Origin: an uncultured Acidobacteriaceae bacterium
GTDB lineage: Bacteria; Acidobacteriota; Terriglobia; Terriglobales; Acidobacteriaceae
Assembly: GCA_964247615.1 (NCBI GenBank)
Contig: CAXTVC010000001.1
Location: 21,827 to 85,826, forward strand
Reading direction: 5' to 3'
Length of the DNA stretch: 64,000 nucleotides
The translations under genes were made by a program, and so were the position numbers. Shown one piece after another: positions 41,479 to 52,200 of the stretch. The notes beneath the pieces were generated by a model. It made no database searches. It was not told where the DNA came from and was given only the letters and a program-made list of their open reading frames with translations. Each line of letters starts with the position of its first letter. Within the stretch, counting starts at the first letter, position 1.

Positions 41479-41892
41479 ATGCAAGCAACGATTCTGCTGA
41501 TTGACGACAACGCAGTTCAGGCCGCGACGCGGCAAGCGATTCTCAAACGAGCGGGCTTTTTTGTCATTGCTGTTCTTAGCCCTGAACGAGCGCTGGAGCA
41601 GTACCGCAACGAAGAATACCCTGCTCCGATCAATCTCATCATCACGGACCACATCATGCCGGGCATGACAGGGGCGGAGTTCGTCAAAGAAGTTCGCAGC
41701 TTCGATCCACGGGTTCCCGTCCTGGTCATCAGCGGCCTGTTGGAAGCCGAGGACGAGTACCAGGAGCTCAGCGTCGATTTCCGTCTGAAGCCTCTGCTTC
41801 CGGATGATCTGCTCGCCAGCGTAAACCGTCTGATTGCCTCCGGGAACAAGGAAAACGGCGGAGACGCAACGTCACCCGGCATCACCATATAA
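41479..41892 (+). CDS. Single-domain response regulator
   Basis: LLIDD, ITDHIMPGMTG, ISG, KP. Confidence 0.92.
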   Translation: MQATILLIDDNAVQAATRQAILKRAGFFVIAVLSPERALEQYRNEEYPAPINLIITDHIMPGMTGAEFVKEVRSFDPRVPVLVISGLLEAEDEYQELSVDFRLKPLLPDDLLASVNRLIASGNKENGGDATSPGITI

Positions 41893-41994
41893 GTCCTCCC
41901 GCATCTTGCTACAGCACCGAATACCGCGCTTTTCTGCGCGGCTAGGACCCCTCGTATCTGCGAGAATAGGGTCTGAAGGATACCCCGTCCGCGC

Positions 41995-44127
41995 ATGACG
42001 CACCCAATGCCTTTATTCGGGAGTTTCTCGTTACTCCTGGCCCTCGCCCTGAGCGTGTATACCCTGTTCGCGGGTAGCCTTTCGCTCTGGGCCATCGCTG
42101 GGGGCCGGCAGTTGGCCGTTGCCCCCGAGCGTCTCCGTGAGACCTCCCGTCGCGCCGGCATCGCCAGCTTCGCCGTGCTTTGCTGCGCCGCTTTCGCCCT
42201 GGTCTGGGCTGCGCTGACCAATGACTTCTCGGTGGACTACATCCTCCACCACACCAACCGTGCCCTCGCCACCCCGTACAAGTTCTCCGCCCTCTGGTCC
42301 GGGCAGGAAGGCTCGTTGCTGCTGTGGGCCCTGCTGCTTGCCGGGTACGGGTTCGTTCTGCGCCTGCGGCACAAGGTCGACATCACCCTTTCTGCCTACG
42401 CATCCACGATCCTTTCGGGCATTCAGGTCTTCTTTCTTTTGCTGCTGGTCTTTGCCGCGCCACCCTTCGCCATAGTTCCCGGCGGCGTCGGCCCGGCGGA
42501 TGGTTTCGGGTTGAATCCCCTGCTCCAATACCCGGAGATGGTGATCCATCCGCCCATGCTGTATCTCGGCTATGTGGGCTTTTCGATCCCCTTTGCCTTC
42601 GCCCTCGGTGCACTGATGATGCGGTACCCCGGCGAAAAATGGATCCACATTACCCGCCGCTGGACAATGGTCACGTGGCTTTTCCTCACCTGCGGCATCT
42701 GCCTCGGCATGCACTGGGCCTATGCCGTCCTGGGCTGGGGCGGCTACTGGGGATGGGACCCTGTTGAGAATGCCAGCCTGCTGCCCTGGCTGGCAGCAAC
42801 TGCATTCCTGCACTCGGTCATGATGCAGGAGAAGCGCGGCATGATGAAGGTGTGGAACGTGTGGCTAATCTTCACCACGTTCATCCTCACCATCGTCGGC
42901 ACCTGGTTAACCCGTTCGGGCCTGGTCAGCTCGGTCCATGCCTTTGCCCAGAGCTCGATCGGCACCTGGTTTGCGATTTTCCTGGTCTTTGTCTTCTGCG
43001 TCTGCCTGTTCACCTTCTTTCGCCAGAAGGATCACCTCCGCAGCGAAAATCACCTCGAATCGTTGGTGTCACGGGAATCCAGCTTCCTGTTCAACAACCT
43101 GATCCTGCTCGCCTCCTGCTTCACCGTTCTCTGGGGAACCTTCTTCCCCATCCTGAGCGAGTATGTGCAGGGATCCAAGGTCACGGTAGGCCCACCGTTC
43201 TATAACCGGGTCATGGTTCCCATCGGTCTTGGCCTCATCTTGCTGACCGGCGTGGGACCGTTGCTCGCCTGGCGCTCCACATCCCTGCGTGCGCTGCGCC
43301 GCAACTTCATCGTCCCCTGCTCGGCAATTCTGCTTACCGCCATCGTTCTGATGATTGCCGGCATCCGGCCCTGGACTGAGGACGACCCCACAAGCTCGGT
43401 CTACGCGCTGGTATGCATCTCGCTCTCCGTGGGTGTCTTGACGGCCATCACCGCTGAGTTCCTCCGCGGTGCCAATGTCGTCCGCACACAGACAGGGCGC
43501 AACCTGTTTAGCTCTGCCATCCTGCTCACCCGTCGCAATACCCGCCGGTATGGTGGCTACCTGATCCACTTCGGCATTGTGGTGATGTTCATCGGCCTTG
43601 CCGGCTCGGCATTTAACCAGTCCCGCGAAACCGAAATGGGCTTTGGTGATTCCATCTCCATCGGCTCCTGGAAGTTGCTTTGCCAGTCCTTCTCCCAGGA
43701 CTCGAATGCCAACTACGACACCGATTACGCGCTGCTTGACCTGTATCACGGGGGCAAATTCGTCACCCGGCTTAGCCCGGAGCGCCGCGTGTACTTCCCT
43801 GACACCGATCACGCGCAGGCGTCGACTGTGGTCGCTATCCACTCCACCCTCGCCCGCGATTTCTATGTCGTCTTCGAAGGTCGAAACGCACAGACCAATC
43901 GCCCGGACATCAAGGTGTACCTGAACCCCTTGGTGAACTGGATCTGGATTGGCGTGGGAATCGTGATCTTCGGCACAGCCATTGCCATTGCCCCATCCTT
44001 GTTGCCCGGTAGCCATCGAGCCACTGCGGCCGCCGCGGTGACTATGAGCCGACGTCGGGAGTTGGTGGACTCAGAGCGAGTAGCCGTCGCCATGGCTGCC
44101 CCCACAGGGGAGGCTGGCCATGCATAA
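41995..44127 (+). CDS. ccmF: Cytochrome c heme lyase subunit
   Basis: WGGYWGWDPVEN, HPP, SVHAFA; many TM helices. Confidence 0.95.
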   Translation: MTHPMPLFGSFSLLLALALSVYTLFAGSLSLWAIAGGRQLAVAPERLRETSRRAGIASFAVLCCAAFALVWAALTNDFSVDYILHHTNRALATPYKFSALWSGQEGSLLLWALLLAGYGFVLRLRHKVDITLSAYASTILSGIQVFFLLLLVFAAPPFAIVPGGVGPADGFGLNPLLQYPEMVIHPPMLYLGYVGFSIPFAFALGALMMRYPGEKWIHITRRWTMVTWLFLTCGICLGMHWAYAVLGWGGYWGWDPVENASLLPWLAATAFLHSVMMQEKRGMMKVWNVWLIFTTFILTIVGTWLTRSGLVSSVHAFAQSSIGTWFAIFLVFVFCVCLFTFFRQKDHLRSENHLESLVSRESSFLFNNLILLASCFTVLWGTFFPILSEYVQGSKVTVGPPFYNRVMVPIGLGLILLTGVGPLLAWRSTSLRALRRNFIVPCSAILLTAIVLMIAGIRPWTEDDPTSSVYALVCISLSVGVLTAITAEFLRGANVVRTQTGRNLFSSAILLTRRNTRRYGGYLIHFGIVVMFIGLAGSAFNQSRETEMGFGDSISIGSWKLLCQSFSQDSNANYDTDYALLDLYHGGKFVTRLSPERRVYFPDTDHAQASTVVAIHSTLARDFYVVFEGRNAQTNRPDIKVYLNPLVNWIWIGVGIVIFGTAIAIAPSLLPGSHRATAAAAVTMSRRRELVDSERVAVAMAAPTGEAGHA

Positions 44128-44599
44128 ACGTCCTTTTCAGGTCGCCGTCCTGTTTCTCGCAGCGACGGTGATGCTGGGCGCAAGCGATCCAAGCAAGCGC
44201 TTCGACAAGCTCGGTCACAGCCTGATGTGCACCTGCAGCTGTGGCGAAATCCTGCTGGAGTGCAATCACATGGGCTGCCCAGACTCGCCGAAACTGATTG
44301 CAAACCTGCATACGCAGCTCGATTCCGGCAGTTCCGATAGCGGTATCCTCCATTCCTTTGCCGAACAGTACGGGGCAATCGTTCTGGCGGCACCCATCCG
44401 TGGTGGCTTCGACCTCGTCGCCTGGATCATGCCCTTCGCCGTGCTGGCATTGGGCCTGCTCGGCATCACATGGCTGATGCATCACTGGCGCGGTAAGCAC
44501 GCACAGGCCGCGGCCCTTGTGGCTTCGAACCCCCGGCCCCATGCTTCCACGGATCACCTTCGGGACCGTATCCGGCGCGACACGACGTTCGATCCCTAG
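44120..44599 (+). CDS. ccmH: Cytochrome c biogenesis protein CcmH
   Basis: LMCTCSC, YG..VL..P, W..P TM; follows ccmF with 8-nt overlap. Confidence 0.85.
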   Translation: MHKRPFQVAVLFLAATVMLGASDPSKRFDKLGHSLMCTCSCGEILLECNHMGCPDSPKLIANLHTQLDSGSSDSGILHSFAEQYGAIVLAAPIRGGFDLVAWIMPFAVLALGLLGITWLMHHWRGKHAQAAALVASNPRPHASTDHLRDRIRRDTTFDP

Positions 44600-44703
44600 A
44601 CTGGCGCCAGTCGTCAAGGTCAGCTCTGAGGAGAAAATCGGAAAAGGCTGGAGAGTTGCGGCGAGAAGCTGCTATTTTCATGGCGAGGTCTACCCGGAGC
44701 TCC

Positions 44704-45249
44704 ATGACCCGCCCCGAGCTGCTGCATCTTGTCCTGGCGCGCGCCCGCGCCAACGGCTTCGAGTTTCGCCGCTGGTACACCACGCGGCTGGGTCTGCCCT
44801 GGATTTCGCTCGAAGCGTCGCTCGCCCTGCTTGATGCGCAGCGCCGCTATTACGCCCTGGTGTTTTCGCATGAGTTTGCCAGGAGCTTCTGGAAGCCAGG
44901 CGAGGAGATCACCTTTGACGTCCCATCCAAAAGCTTCCAGCGGGCAATGAGCGACGGCACGGTGCGCACCATCCATCGACGCCCCTATGTGCGGCGATCA
45001 GCCCGCCCAAACGCGTGGAAGTACCACCTCCGCCAGATGGCCCTCGCCGAGGAGCCGCTACGATACCTCCGAAAATACCTGCATATCCACGAAGATCTCG
45101 CCTCCGAGGGAGTGGCCCTACCCGTGCAAGACCTCGTGGAGGGGCCGCTGCGCATAGCCCCGGCGGAGCCACGGAAGCCGGGGGCACGTCCTCTACCCAG
45201 CGAACCCCCCATGTTTCTACGCAGACCCTACCGTCCATCCGATCAGTGA
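44704..45249 (+). CDS. Hypothetical protein
   Basis: GGAG RBS; globular-looking sequence with FSHEFARSFW and WKYHLRQM. Confidence 0.7.
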   Translation: MTRPELLHLVLARARANGFEFRRWYTTRLGLPWISLEASLALLDAQRRYYALVFSHEFARSFWKPGEEITFDVPSKSFQRAMSDGTVRTIHRRPYVRRSARPNAWKYHLRQMALAEEPLRYLRKYLHIHEDLASEGVALPVQDLVEGPLRIAPAEPRKPGARPLPSEPPMFLRRPYRPSDQ

Positions 45250-45299
45250 CGGACCAGCATACCCGCCCCCGACAATGCCGGGCGACGGGGATCTAGGAT

Positions 45300-46130
45300 T
45301 TACGCCCCACCGGTCATCTCAGTCAGGGCTTTCTCAGCGGCCTTTCTCACCTTTGGTACAGGATCCAGATCGAGGCAGCGCTTGTAAGCCTTTTCGGATT
45401 CGTCGAGCTTGCCCAGCTTGCGTGCCGCGTGGCCCAGGGCCAGATGCGCGGCAGGGTCATCAGAGTCCAACTGCACGGCATCCTTCGCGCGATCGTAGGA
45501 GCCCTTGAAGTTGCCGTCATTGAAATAGAAACCGGCAATCTGCACGTCCTCCTGCTCCCGCTCGGAGGGACTTTGCCGAGGCACGGGCGGCAGCTTATGA
45601 CGCTTGCTCCTGGGAATGGCCGCGGGATCGTTCGCGTCCGGATCGTCAGGGGAACTCTTCCCTGCCTCGTCGTGATCCGCCGAAGAGCTGCTGGAAGACG
45701 AACTGCTGCTACTTGAAGAGGCCTCTCCGGAGCTGCCTGCGTCCTGCAGCGGTGATTTGTCCGCCGGAATGGGCGCTCCAGCCGCGGGTGCCGGCGTGTT
45801 CGTCTCTCCCGGGTAGGGGAAACGCGTACCCGCCGGGGCCTGCGGCGTGCCCCCGGCTTGGGGCTGGGGCGCCTGGGCCGTCGGTGCACTGCTGGGAGCA
45901 GGAACAGCTGGCGCGTTTTCGCCGGGATAGGGAAAACGATCGGCGGCCGGAGCCGAGGGCGTACCGGGAGCACAGTTTGTATTCGCCACGAGATTACCCT
46001 GCGCATCCCGCACAGGGGGGCATGCAGGGGCAGGCGCACTGCTCTGCGCCAAGGACAGGCCAGAGCCAACCAGCAGGGCTCCTGTAGCCAGAAAGCCCGT
46101 CCGCCGGTGGCGCGTCTTGGAAGCAAACAT
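45300..46130 (-). CDS. Exported Pro/Ser-rich protein with C-terminal TPR
   Basis: Signal peptide ending SLA; two RFPYPGE repeats; poly-Ser; TPR pair. Confidence 0.75.
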   Translation of the reverse strand: MFASKTRHRRTGFLATGALLVGSGLSLAQSSAPAPACPPVRDAQGNLVANTNCAPGTPSAPAADRFPYPGENAPAVPAPSSAPTAQAPQPQAGGTPQAPAGTRFPYPGETNTPAPAAGAPIPADKSPLQDAGSSGEASSSSSSSSSSSSSADHDEAGKSSPDDPDANDPAAIPRSKRHKLPPVPRQSPSEREQEDVQIAGFYFNDGNFKGSYDRAKDAVQLDSDDPAAHLALGHAARKLGKLDESEKAYKRCLDLDPVPKVRKAAEKALTEMTGGA

Positions 46131-46259
46131 ACTCACGACTGTATTAGACGGCAAAGGCCGCTCCAGGCCAACGCCTCGGGGCGGAGGTGTTGGCCTCTTT
46201 TCACCGGCGGACGTCCGCCGCTTGATGAGGCTACTAGCCTAACTGCTACACTCACCCCC

Positions 46260-46769
46260 ATGCCGCGACTCCAGGGCCCCCCCAAGCTGAAGCGCACCGG
46301 CCTGCGTAACCCGCCACGTCTGCTGATCCGGTCGTCAGACATCCACGCCGCTGGTTGCTACACACTTGATCCGATCGCGAAGAACTCGATCATTGCGGAG
46401 TATGACGGTCCGCGGATCCCGAAAAAGGTCGCGGATGAACGCTACGGCGGCCGGCCAGTCACCTATCTCTTTGGCTTCGGGGATAAAGGCGAGGTCATCG
46501 ACGGCTTTTCGACGGCCATGTTTCTGAACCACTCCTGCGACGCCAACTGCGAGACCGAAGAGCGTGAGGAGCGAATCTTTATCCGTGCCCTGCGCGATAT
46601 CGCACCGAATGAAGAGCTGGTCTATGACTACCACCTCTACGACTCTGATCTGAGCGAGGAAGCGCCCTGCTACTGCGGCACCGCCACGTGTCGCGGCACA
46701 ATGTATTCAGAGGCGGAGCTCGTTCGCCGGGAAAAGCTGCTGAAGCGTGAACGCACCCGGTCCCGTTAG
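46260..46769 (+). CDS. SET domain lysine methyltransferase with post-SET zinc motif
   Basis: FLNHSCDANC, EELVYDY, CYCGTATCRG. Confidence 0.92.
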   Translation: MPRLQGPPKLKRTGLRNPPRLLIRSSDIHAAGCYTLDPIAKNSIIAEYDGPRIPKKVADERYGGRPVTYLFGFGDKGEVIDGFSTAMFLNHSCDANCETEEREERIFIRALRDIAPNEELVYDYHLYDSDLSEEAPCYCGTATCRGTMYSEAELVRREKLLKRERTRSR

Positions 46770-46817
46770 CGCCTGTAAGTGACCCGGCCACCCCTCCATC
46801 GTGGTGAACGAGACGAA

Positions 46818-47909
46818 GTGACGAAACCCAAAGACCCGCATCCTCAAAGACGCACGCCGGAGGGCCGGGCTTCGCTCGCGACCCTTTCCGCGCATCTTGG
46901 TCTCTCCGCCGCGGCAATCTCCCGCGTGCTGAACGGCGCCCCCGCGGCACGTTCCATACCGCAGTCCACCCAGAACAGGATCCTGGAGGCGGCCCGCGCA
47001 CTCAACTACCGTCCCAACGTGCTCGCCCGGTCCCTGCGTCGAGGGCAGTCCATGACGCTCGGCGTCCTGGTGCCGGAGATCGCCGAAGGCTACACCGCCC
47101 TTGTGCTGTCGGGGCTTGAAGAGGGGCTGCAACAGGCCGGGTATTTCTACCTCCTCATCAGTCACCACCATCGCGTGGACGTCATTGAACGTTCGCTCGC
47201 CATGCTCTCCGAACGGGCCGTAGATGGCCTCGTGGCTATTGACACTGCCCTGCCCGAAGCCACCCAGCTGCCCACCGTGACGATCTCCTGCCCGGACGCC
47301 CATGAGGGCGTAACCAGCATCGTCCTCAATCACGAGCGCGCTGCCGAACTTGCCATCGGCTACCTGGCCAGTCTCGGTCACACGCGGATCGCTGTGATCA
47401 AGGGACAGGCATTCTCTTCAGACACAGAGGCCCGTTGGGGAGCCATTCAGGTTGCGGCCCGGGCGCATCACGTCGCCATCGATCCAAGCCTGGTCGCGCA
47501 GCTCGAAGGGGACACCCCGACGCACGAACCGGGCTACGCGGCGGCAAAACGCCTGCTTGCCGCCGGCACGCCCTTTACCGCCATCTTTGCCTTTAACGAC
47601 ATCTCGGCGATCGGCGCGGTACGCGCCTTGCACGAAGCCGGTCTGCAGATTCCACAGGATGTTTCCGTGATGGGCTTTGACGACATTCAATCTGCCGCCT
47701 TTCAGAATCCCAGCCTCACCACTGTGCGCCAGCCCCTGCGCAATATGGGTCTGCTGGCGGCGGAGACGGTGATCAGGCGTATCGGCAACCAAGCCGCACA
47801 GGCCACCCAGACCGGCCCCGCAACGATACAGGTCGATCCTGAGCTGATCGTTCGTGAGTCCGTCACCCGCGCTCCACCTGCGGCGAAGCCACCCCGAGCC
47901 AAGCCGTGA
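46818..47909 (+). CDS. LacI family regulator
   Basis: HTH LSAAAISRVLN, YRPN..ARSL, DVSVMGFDD, LTTVRQP. Confidence 0.94.
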   Translation: MTKPKDPHPQRRTPEGRASLATLSAHLGLSAAAISRVLNGAPAARSIPQSTQNRILEAARALNYRPNVLARSLRRGQSMTLGVLVPEIAEGYTALVLSGLEEGLQQAGYFYLLISHHHRVDVIERSLAMLSERAVDGLVAIDTALPEATQLPTVTISCPDAHEGVTSIVLNHERAAELAIGYLASLGHTRIAVIKGQAFSSDTEARWGAIQVAARAHHVAIDPSLVAQLEGDTPTHEPGYAAAKRLLAAGTPFTAIFAFNDISAIGAVRALHEAGLQIPQDVSVMGFDDIQSAAFQNPSLTTVRQPLRNMGLLAAETVIRRIGNQAAQATQTGPATIQVDPELIVRESVTRAPPAAKPPRAKP

Positions 47910-49048
47910 ACACAGGGGCACGTCATCGGCTGTGCTCCGTTGCATTTCTGCTCACCGGCGTCGGTACGGCGCTGCTGGGAGCAACGCTGCCGGCCACACT
48001 CGCGCAGTGGCAGCTCTCTGACAGGGGAGGGGGCCTGCTTCTCCTGGCGGGATGGGGCGGCTCTACCAGCGGCGCCCTGTTCGCGCGCGGCAGGCTGGAC
48101 CGCGCTGCCGCGGCCGGCCTTGCGCTGACCTCGTTCAGCCTGTTTGCCCTCTCCGGCCGCCGCCCGGTGGGCCTGCTGCTGCTGTATCTGGTCTATGGTG
48201 TCGGCCTCGGCCTCACCATGACGGCCATCAGTCTGCTGCGAGCACGCGAGGCCTCCCCCGCGGAGGCCGACCTGGACCTCAACCGGCTCAACCTGCTGTG
48301 GGCTGCCGGTGCCTGCCTCTCGCCTGTCCTTGCCCTGCACTCCCTGCGCGTGCTCTCGATCGCTACGCTCTACCGGTCCATGGGCGTGGTCTTTGCGCTG
48401 ACGGCCGTCGCGATCGGCCTGGTGTCCCTTCTGCCCCAGCCTTTCGCACCACGGACGACTGCCGGCGCGAACCCAAAACTCACCTGGGCCCCCTTGCGCT
48501 TTGGGGTCTTTGCAGCAGCAACCGTTGGCATGGAGAGTGCCATCGGCAGCTGGTTGACCACGTTTGCCGAGCGAACCACGCTTGGTGTAGGCACCGCGGT
48601 CTCGGCGAACTCGGCCTTCTGGATCGGCCTTTTGCTCAGCCGCGCCGCGCACTCGCTCCGGGGCGCGGCGTGGTTACACACCCGCTCGGTCCGCAGGCTG
48701 CATCTCCTCGCTGTCGGACTCGCAACAGCACTGTTACTGCTCGTCCCGAGCCGCACGGTGATCCCGGTAGCGGGCCTCGTGTGTGGCTTCGGCCTTGGGC
48801 CGCTCTACCCTTATGTCCTGTCGATCACCCTGCCAAACTATCGTTCGACGGCCGTGTTCGTGCTTGCCGGCGTAGGAGCTTCGATCGTCCCATGGCTTAC
48901 CGGCGCACTATCGACAGCTGCTGGCTCTCTCCGGATAGGCCTGCTGGTTCCGGCCCTCACTTTTGCCGTGCTGGTCCTCAGCGCCGTCGCCATACAGGCT
49001 GCGGCACGGCCCTCTGCCACGGCAGGTTCATCCGCCAGCGAGGTCTAG
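47906..49048 (+). CDS. MFS transporter (fucose permease-like)
   Basis: About 12 hydrophobic helices; GMES..GSW; GTGA overlap with LacI gene. Confidence 0.85.
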   Translation: MNTGARHRLCSVAFLLTGVGTALLGATLPATLAQWQLSDRGGGLLLLAGWGGSTSGALFARGRLDRAAAAGLALTSFSLFALSGRRPVGLLLLYLVYGVGLGLTMTAISLLRAREASPAEADLDLNRLNLLWAAGACLSPVLALHSLRVLSIATLYRSMGVVFALTAVAIGLVSLLPQPFAPRTTAGANPKLTWAPLRFGVFAAATVGMESAIGSWLTTFAERTTLGVGTAVSANSAFWIGLLLSRAAHSLRGAAWLHTRSVRRLHLLAVGLATALLLLVPSRTVIPVAGLVCGFGLGPLYPYVLSITLPNYRSTAVFVLAGVGASIVPWLTGALSTAAGSLRIGLLVPALTFAVLVLSAVAIQAAARPSATAGSSASEV

Positions 49049-49115
49049 GAGCCTCGTGCAGGACGTTCATCAGCTACGAGGAATACGGTACGATCACGCT
49101 AGCAGCACCAACCAT

Positions 49116-49201
49116 GCCCGGATGGTGAAATCGGCAGACACAGCGGACTTAAAATCCGTAGCCCTTCGGTGGGTGTGGGGGTTCAAGTCCCCCTCCGGGC
49201 A
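49116..49201 (+). tRNA. tRNA-Leu(UAA), CCA not encoded
   Basis: Acceptor GCCCGGA/TCCGGGC plus discriminator A; anticodon arm GCGGA-CTTAAAA-TCCGT; long variable arm; TTCAAGT T-loop. Confidence 0.95.
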
Positions 49202-49275
49202 CTCCTCCACTCGTCGACTGCAGCGAGCTCGTCGAAGGGTGTGAAGGGATTGTGCTTCCAGGAAAAAGAGACCGG

Positions 49276-52200
49276 ATGCGTACCGATCGAGTTCTGCAAG
49301 GATTGCTGCTTGTCGTGCTGTCTGCCGTGGCGGTGCGTTCACCTGCCCAGTCGACCGGGAAACACACGCCCGTCGTCTTCGAGCAAGCCGGGTTCCCGAC
49401 CATCGACAGCGAGCCTGTTTCCCACAACACACTGAAGGCCGCACTGGGCAACGAAGCCGTCTTCGCCGATCTCCCTGCCCTTCAGCGGGCTGAGGTGCTC
49501 AAAGACGCTCCTCTGCTGGTGTTGCCCTATGGCTCCGCGGTTCCCGCCGCGGCATGGTCCTCCATCGAGCACTACCTGAGAGGTGGAGGCAATCTGCTGG
49601 TCCTCGGGGGGCAGCCCCTGCGCGTTCCCGTCGCGGGTGACGGGACCTCTGCGTGGGTGCCGCAAGCACCGCAGGACAGCTACAGCCATGCAATCGGCTT
49701 TCGCCACAGCTATCCCGTCCCTGCCCTTACCGCGGGGGCGCATTTCGCCTGGCGCACCGGCTACAGCTTTCTTCCCTCGGTAAACATCCCCGTGCAGCAG
49801 GTCTATGTATTGGAGGGACGCCTGGATGGGCTCGGCTACCTGGAGGCGCCGGATGGCACGCGGCTTGCCGCTCCCGTCATCGTGGCCGATAGCGGCGCGG
49901 AAGCCCGCATGCCCGGAACGCGCATCGTTGCCCTGCCCTTTCACCCCGTCGCTGGCTACTGGGACACAGCCGATGGCGGCAAACTGCTCGCGGCCTGTGC
50001 ACACTACGCTATGCAAGGGGCGACGCACCTGACCGTCGAAGCCCAATATGCAACCCTTCGTCCGGGAGAGTTGCCAGCCATCACGCTGCACCACCGCGCG
50101 CCCCGACCTCCCGGAGCAGCCTCCCCCGAGGCCAGCGGTGAAGCCCACATAGAGCTTCGACGCGGCAAGGACGTCCTCGAAAGTAAGACCGTTGCGCTGA
50201 CGGCCAACGGAGACGTGGCAGTGGCCTTCCGTAAGCCACTCGCACGAGGCTTCTATACCCTGGTCGCAACCTGGACCCGCGCGGGCGACGCCACGCCGCA
50301 GGAGTTCGCGGAAAACGGCTTCTACGTCGAGGACCTCACCGCCTTGGAGGAGGGCAACGGCCTGGGCACCCACGGCGACTTCCTCACCCTCGGCGGCAAG
50401 CCCTTCTTTCCCGTCGGTGTTAACTACTTTTCCACTGAAGCCAACGGCTGGGACTTCTCGGGGCCGCGCAACGCAGCCATCTGGGAGCGTGACTTCGCCG
50501 ACATGCAGCGTCACAACGTGAACTTCGTACGTACCGGCGTCTGGGATGGCTACGGCAAGTTCCTCGACCCGGTCACGGGCCACGCCAACGAACGTTTCCT
50601 GCGCAACCTCGAAGGCTTTCTCGCGGCGGCGCACCGTCACAACATCGCGATCAACTTCACCTTCTTCGCCTTCAGCCCGCACACGGACAACACCAAGCCA
50701 AAACAGGGCGGCGACCCGGAGGCAGGAACTGCACCTCCGAATCCGTACCTCGACACAGCCGCACTCAAAACGGAGTACGGCTATGTGCTCTCGGTGGTGC
50801 ACCGCTTCGGGCGTCTTCCCTGGCTCTGCTACGACCTCATTAACGAGCCCTCCTTCTCCAACCCGCGCCTGATCTTTCACGGCAACGTCCCCAACAACGA
50901 CCCGGCCGAGCTCGCCGCGTGGCACACCTGGCTGGGGAGCCGTTACCCCAGCACCGAAGCCCTTGCCGACGCCTGGCGCGTCACGCCGGACAGCCTCCGT
51001 GCCCTCCCCGAAGTACCCCTGCCCACGCTGCGTGAAATCACCTATGACCGCTACGGCAACCCGAACGAGGTGCGGGCCTTCGACTACAACCTCTTCGCCC
51101 AGGACATGTTCTCCGGCTGGGTGCACGGCATGGTCTCCACCATCCGCGGCGCGGGCAGCACGCAACTCGTAAACGTTGGGCAGGATGAAGGCGGCGTGAC
51201 CAATCGCGTGTTGAACCAGTTCTATGCCACGGCCGGCGTGTCCTTCACCACCAATCACACCTATTGGAACGACGACGCGCTGCTGTGGGACTCGGTCGTT
51301 GCCAAGCGCGTGGGCCTCCCCAACATCACCGGCGAGACCGGCTATCAGCCCGCGTGGAACCCCGATGGGGGCTGGCGCTACGACGAGCTCACCGGCACGG
51401 CCATCGAAGAGCGCAAGTGGATCATGGGCTTCGCCGCCGGTAGCTCCGGTGCACTGCAGTGGGATTGGGATCGCGAGGTGGATTTCGGCATGCAGCGCAG
51501 TGATGGCTCGGCCAAGGTGTGGCAAGGCCTCATGCGGGATCTCGGCGCGTTTGCTACGGCAGCAACTCCCTATGCCACAGGCCTCAAGCTTCCCGAGGTG
51601 GCCATCGTTCTGCCGGAAAGCTTGCAGCTCTCCGTATACAACGCCCAGGCACTCGAGGCCCAGCAGACCGCCGTCCGTGCGCTCTACTACTACAACCGCG
51701 TCGAAGCCTATGCGGTCGCTGAGCACGGGACCGAGACGCTGGGCTCTCCCAAGCTCATCCTTCTGCCCTCCGCCTACGGTCTAAGCGACAAGGCATGGAG
51801 CGACATCGAAGCGAAGGTGCGCGCGGGTGCGACGCTGTTGATCTCGGGCCCCTTCAGTGCCGATGAGCATCTCCATCCGAACAACCGGGCGGGGGCGCTC
51901 GGCCTGGACTACACACTCACCGGCCTGCAGGGACGCGAGGAGACACTCCAGCTCCCCACAGGGGCAGTTCCCTTGCAATACACCGGTCTCAAGACCACCA
52001 CGTTGGACAAGGCATCCCTGCCGAACGCGGCCACCTGGTCAGAGATTCGCCTTGGGGAGGGACGCATCCTCTTCTCCACGCTTCCGGTGGAACTGAACAG
52101 CCGCATCGAGAGCGTCGCAGCCGTGTACGCCTACGCCCTCAAGGTGGCTGGCGTGGCTGCGACCTACCATGCCGATCTCGCCACGCCCGGTGTTCTGATC

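Noticed and set aside
49116-49201. bldA-style TTA regulation
   Set aside because: TTA codons occur in ordinary genes here (argR, argG, pepA).
49339-51726. Long antisense ORFs (also 30852-32924, 29052-30683, 18687-20465, 25024-26298, 36359-37588)
   Set aside because: Shadows of real genes expected from GC-rich codon bias; no motifs.
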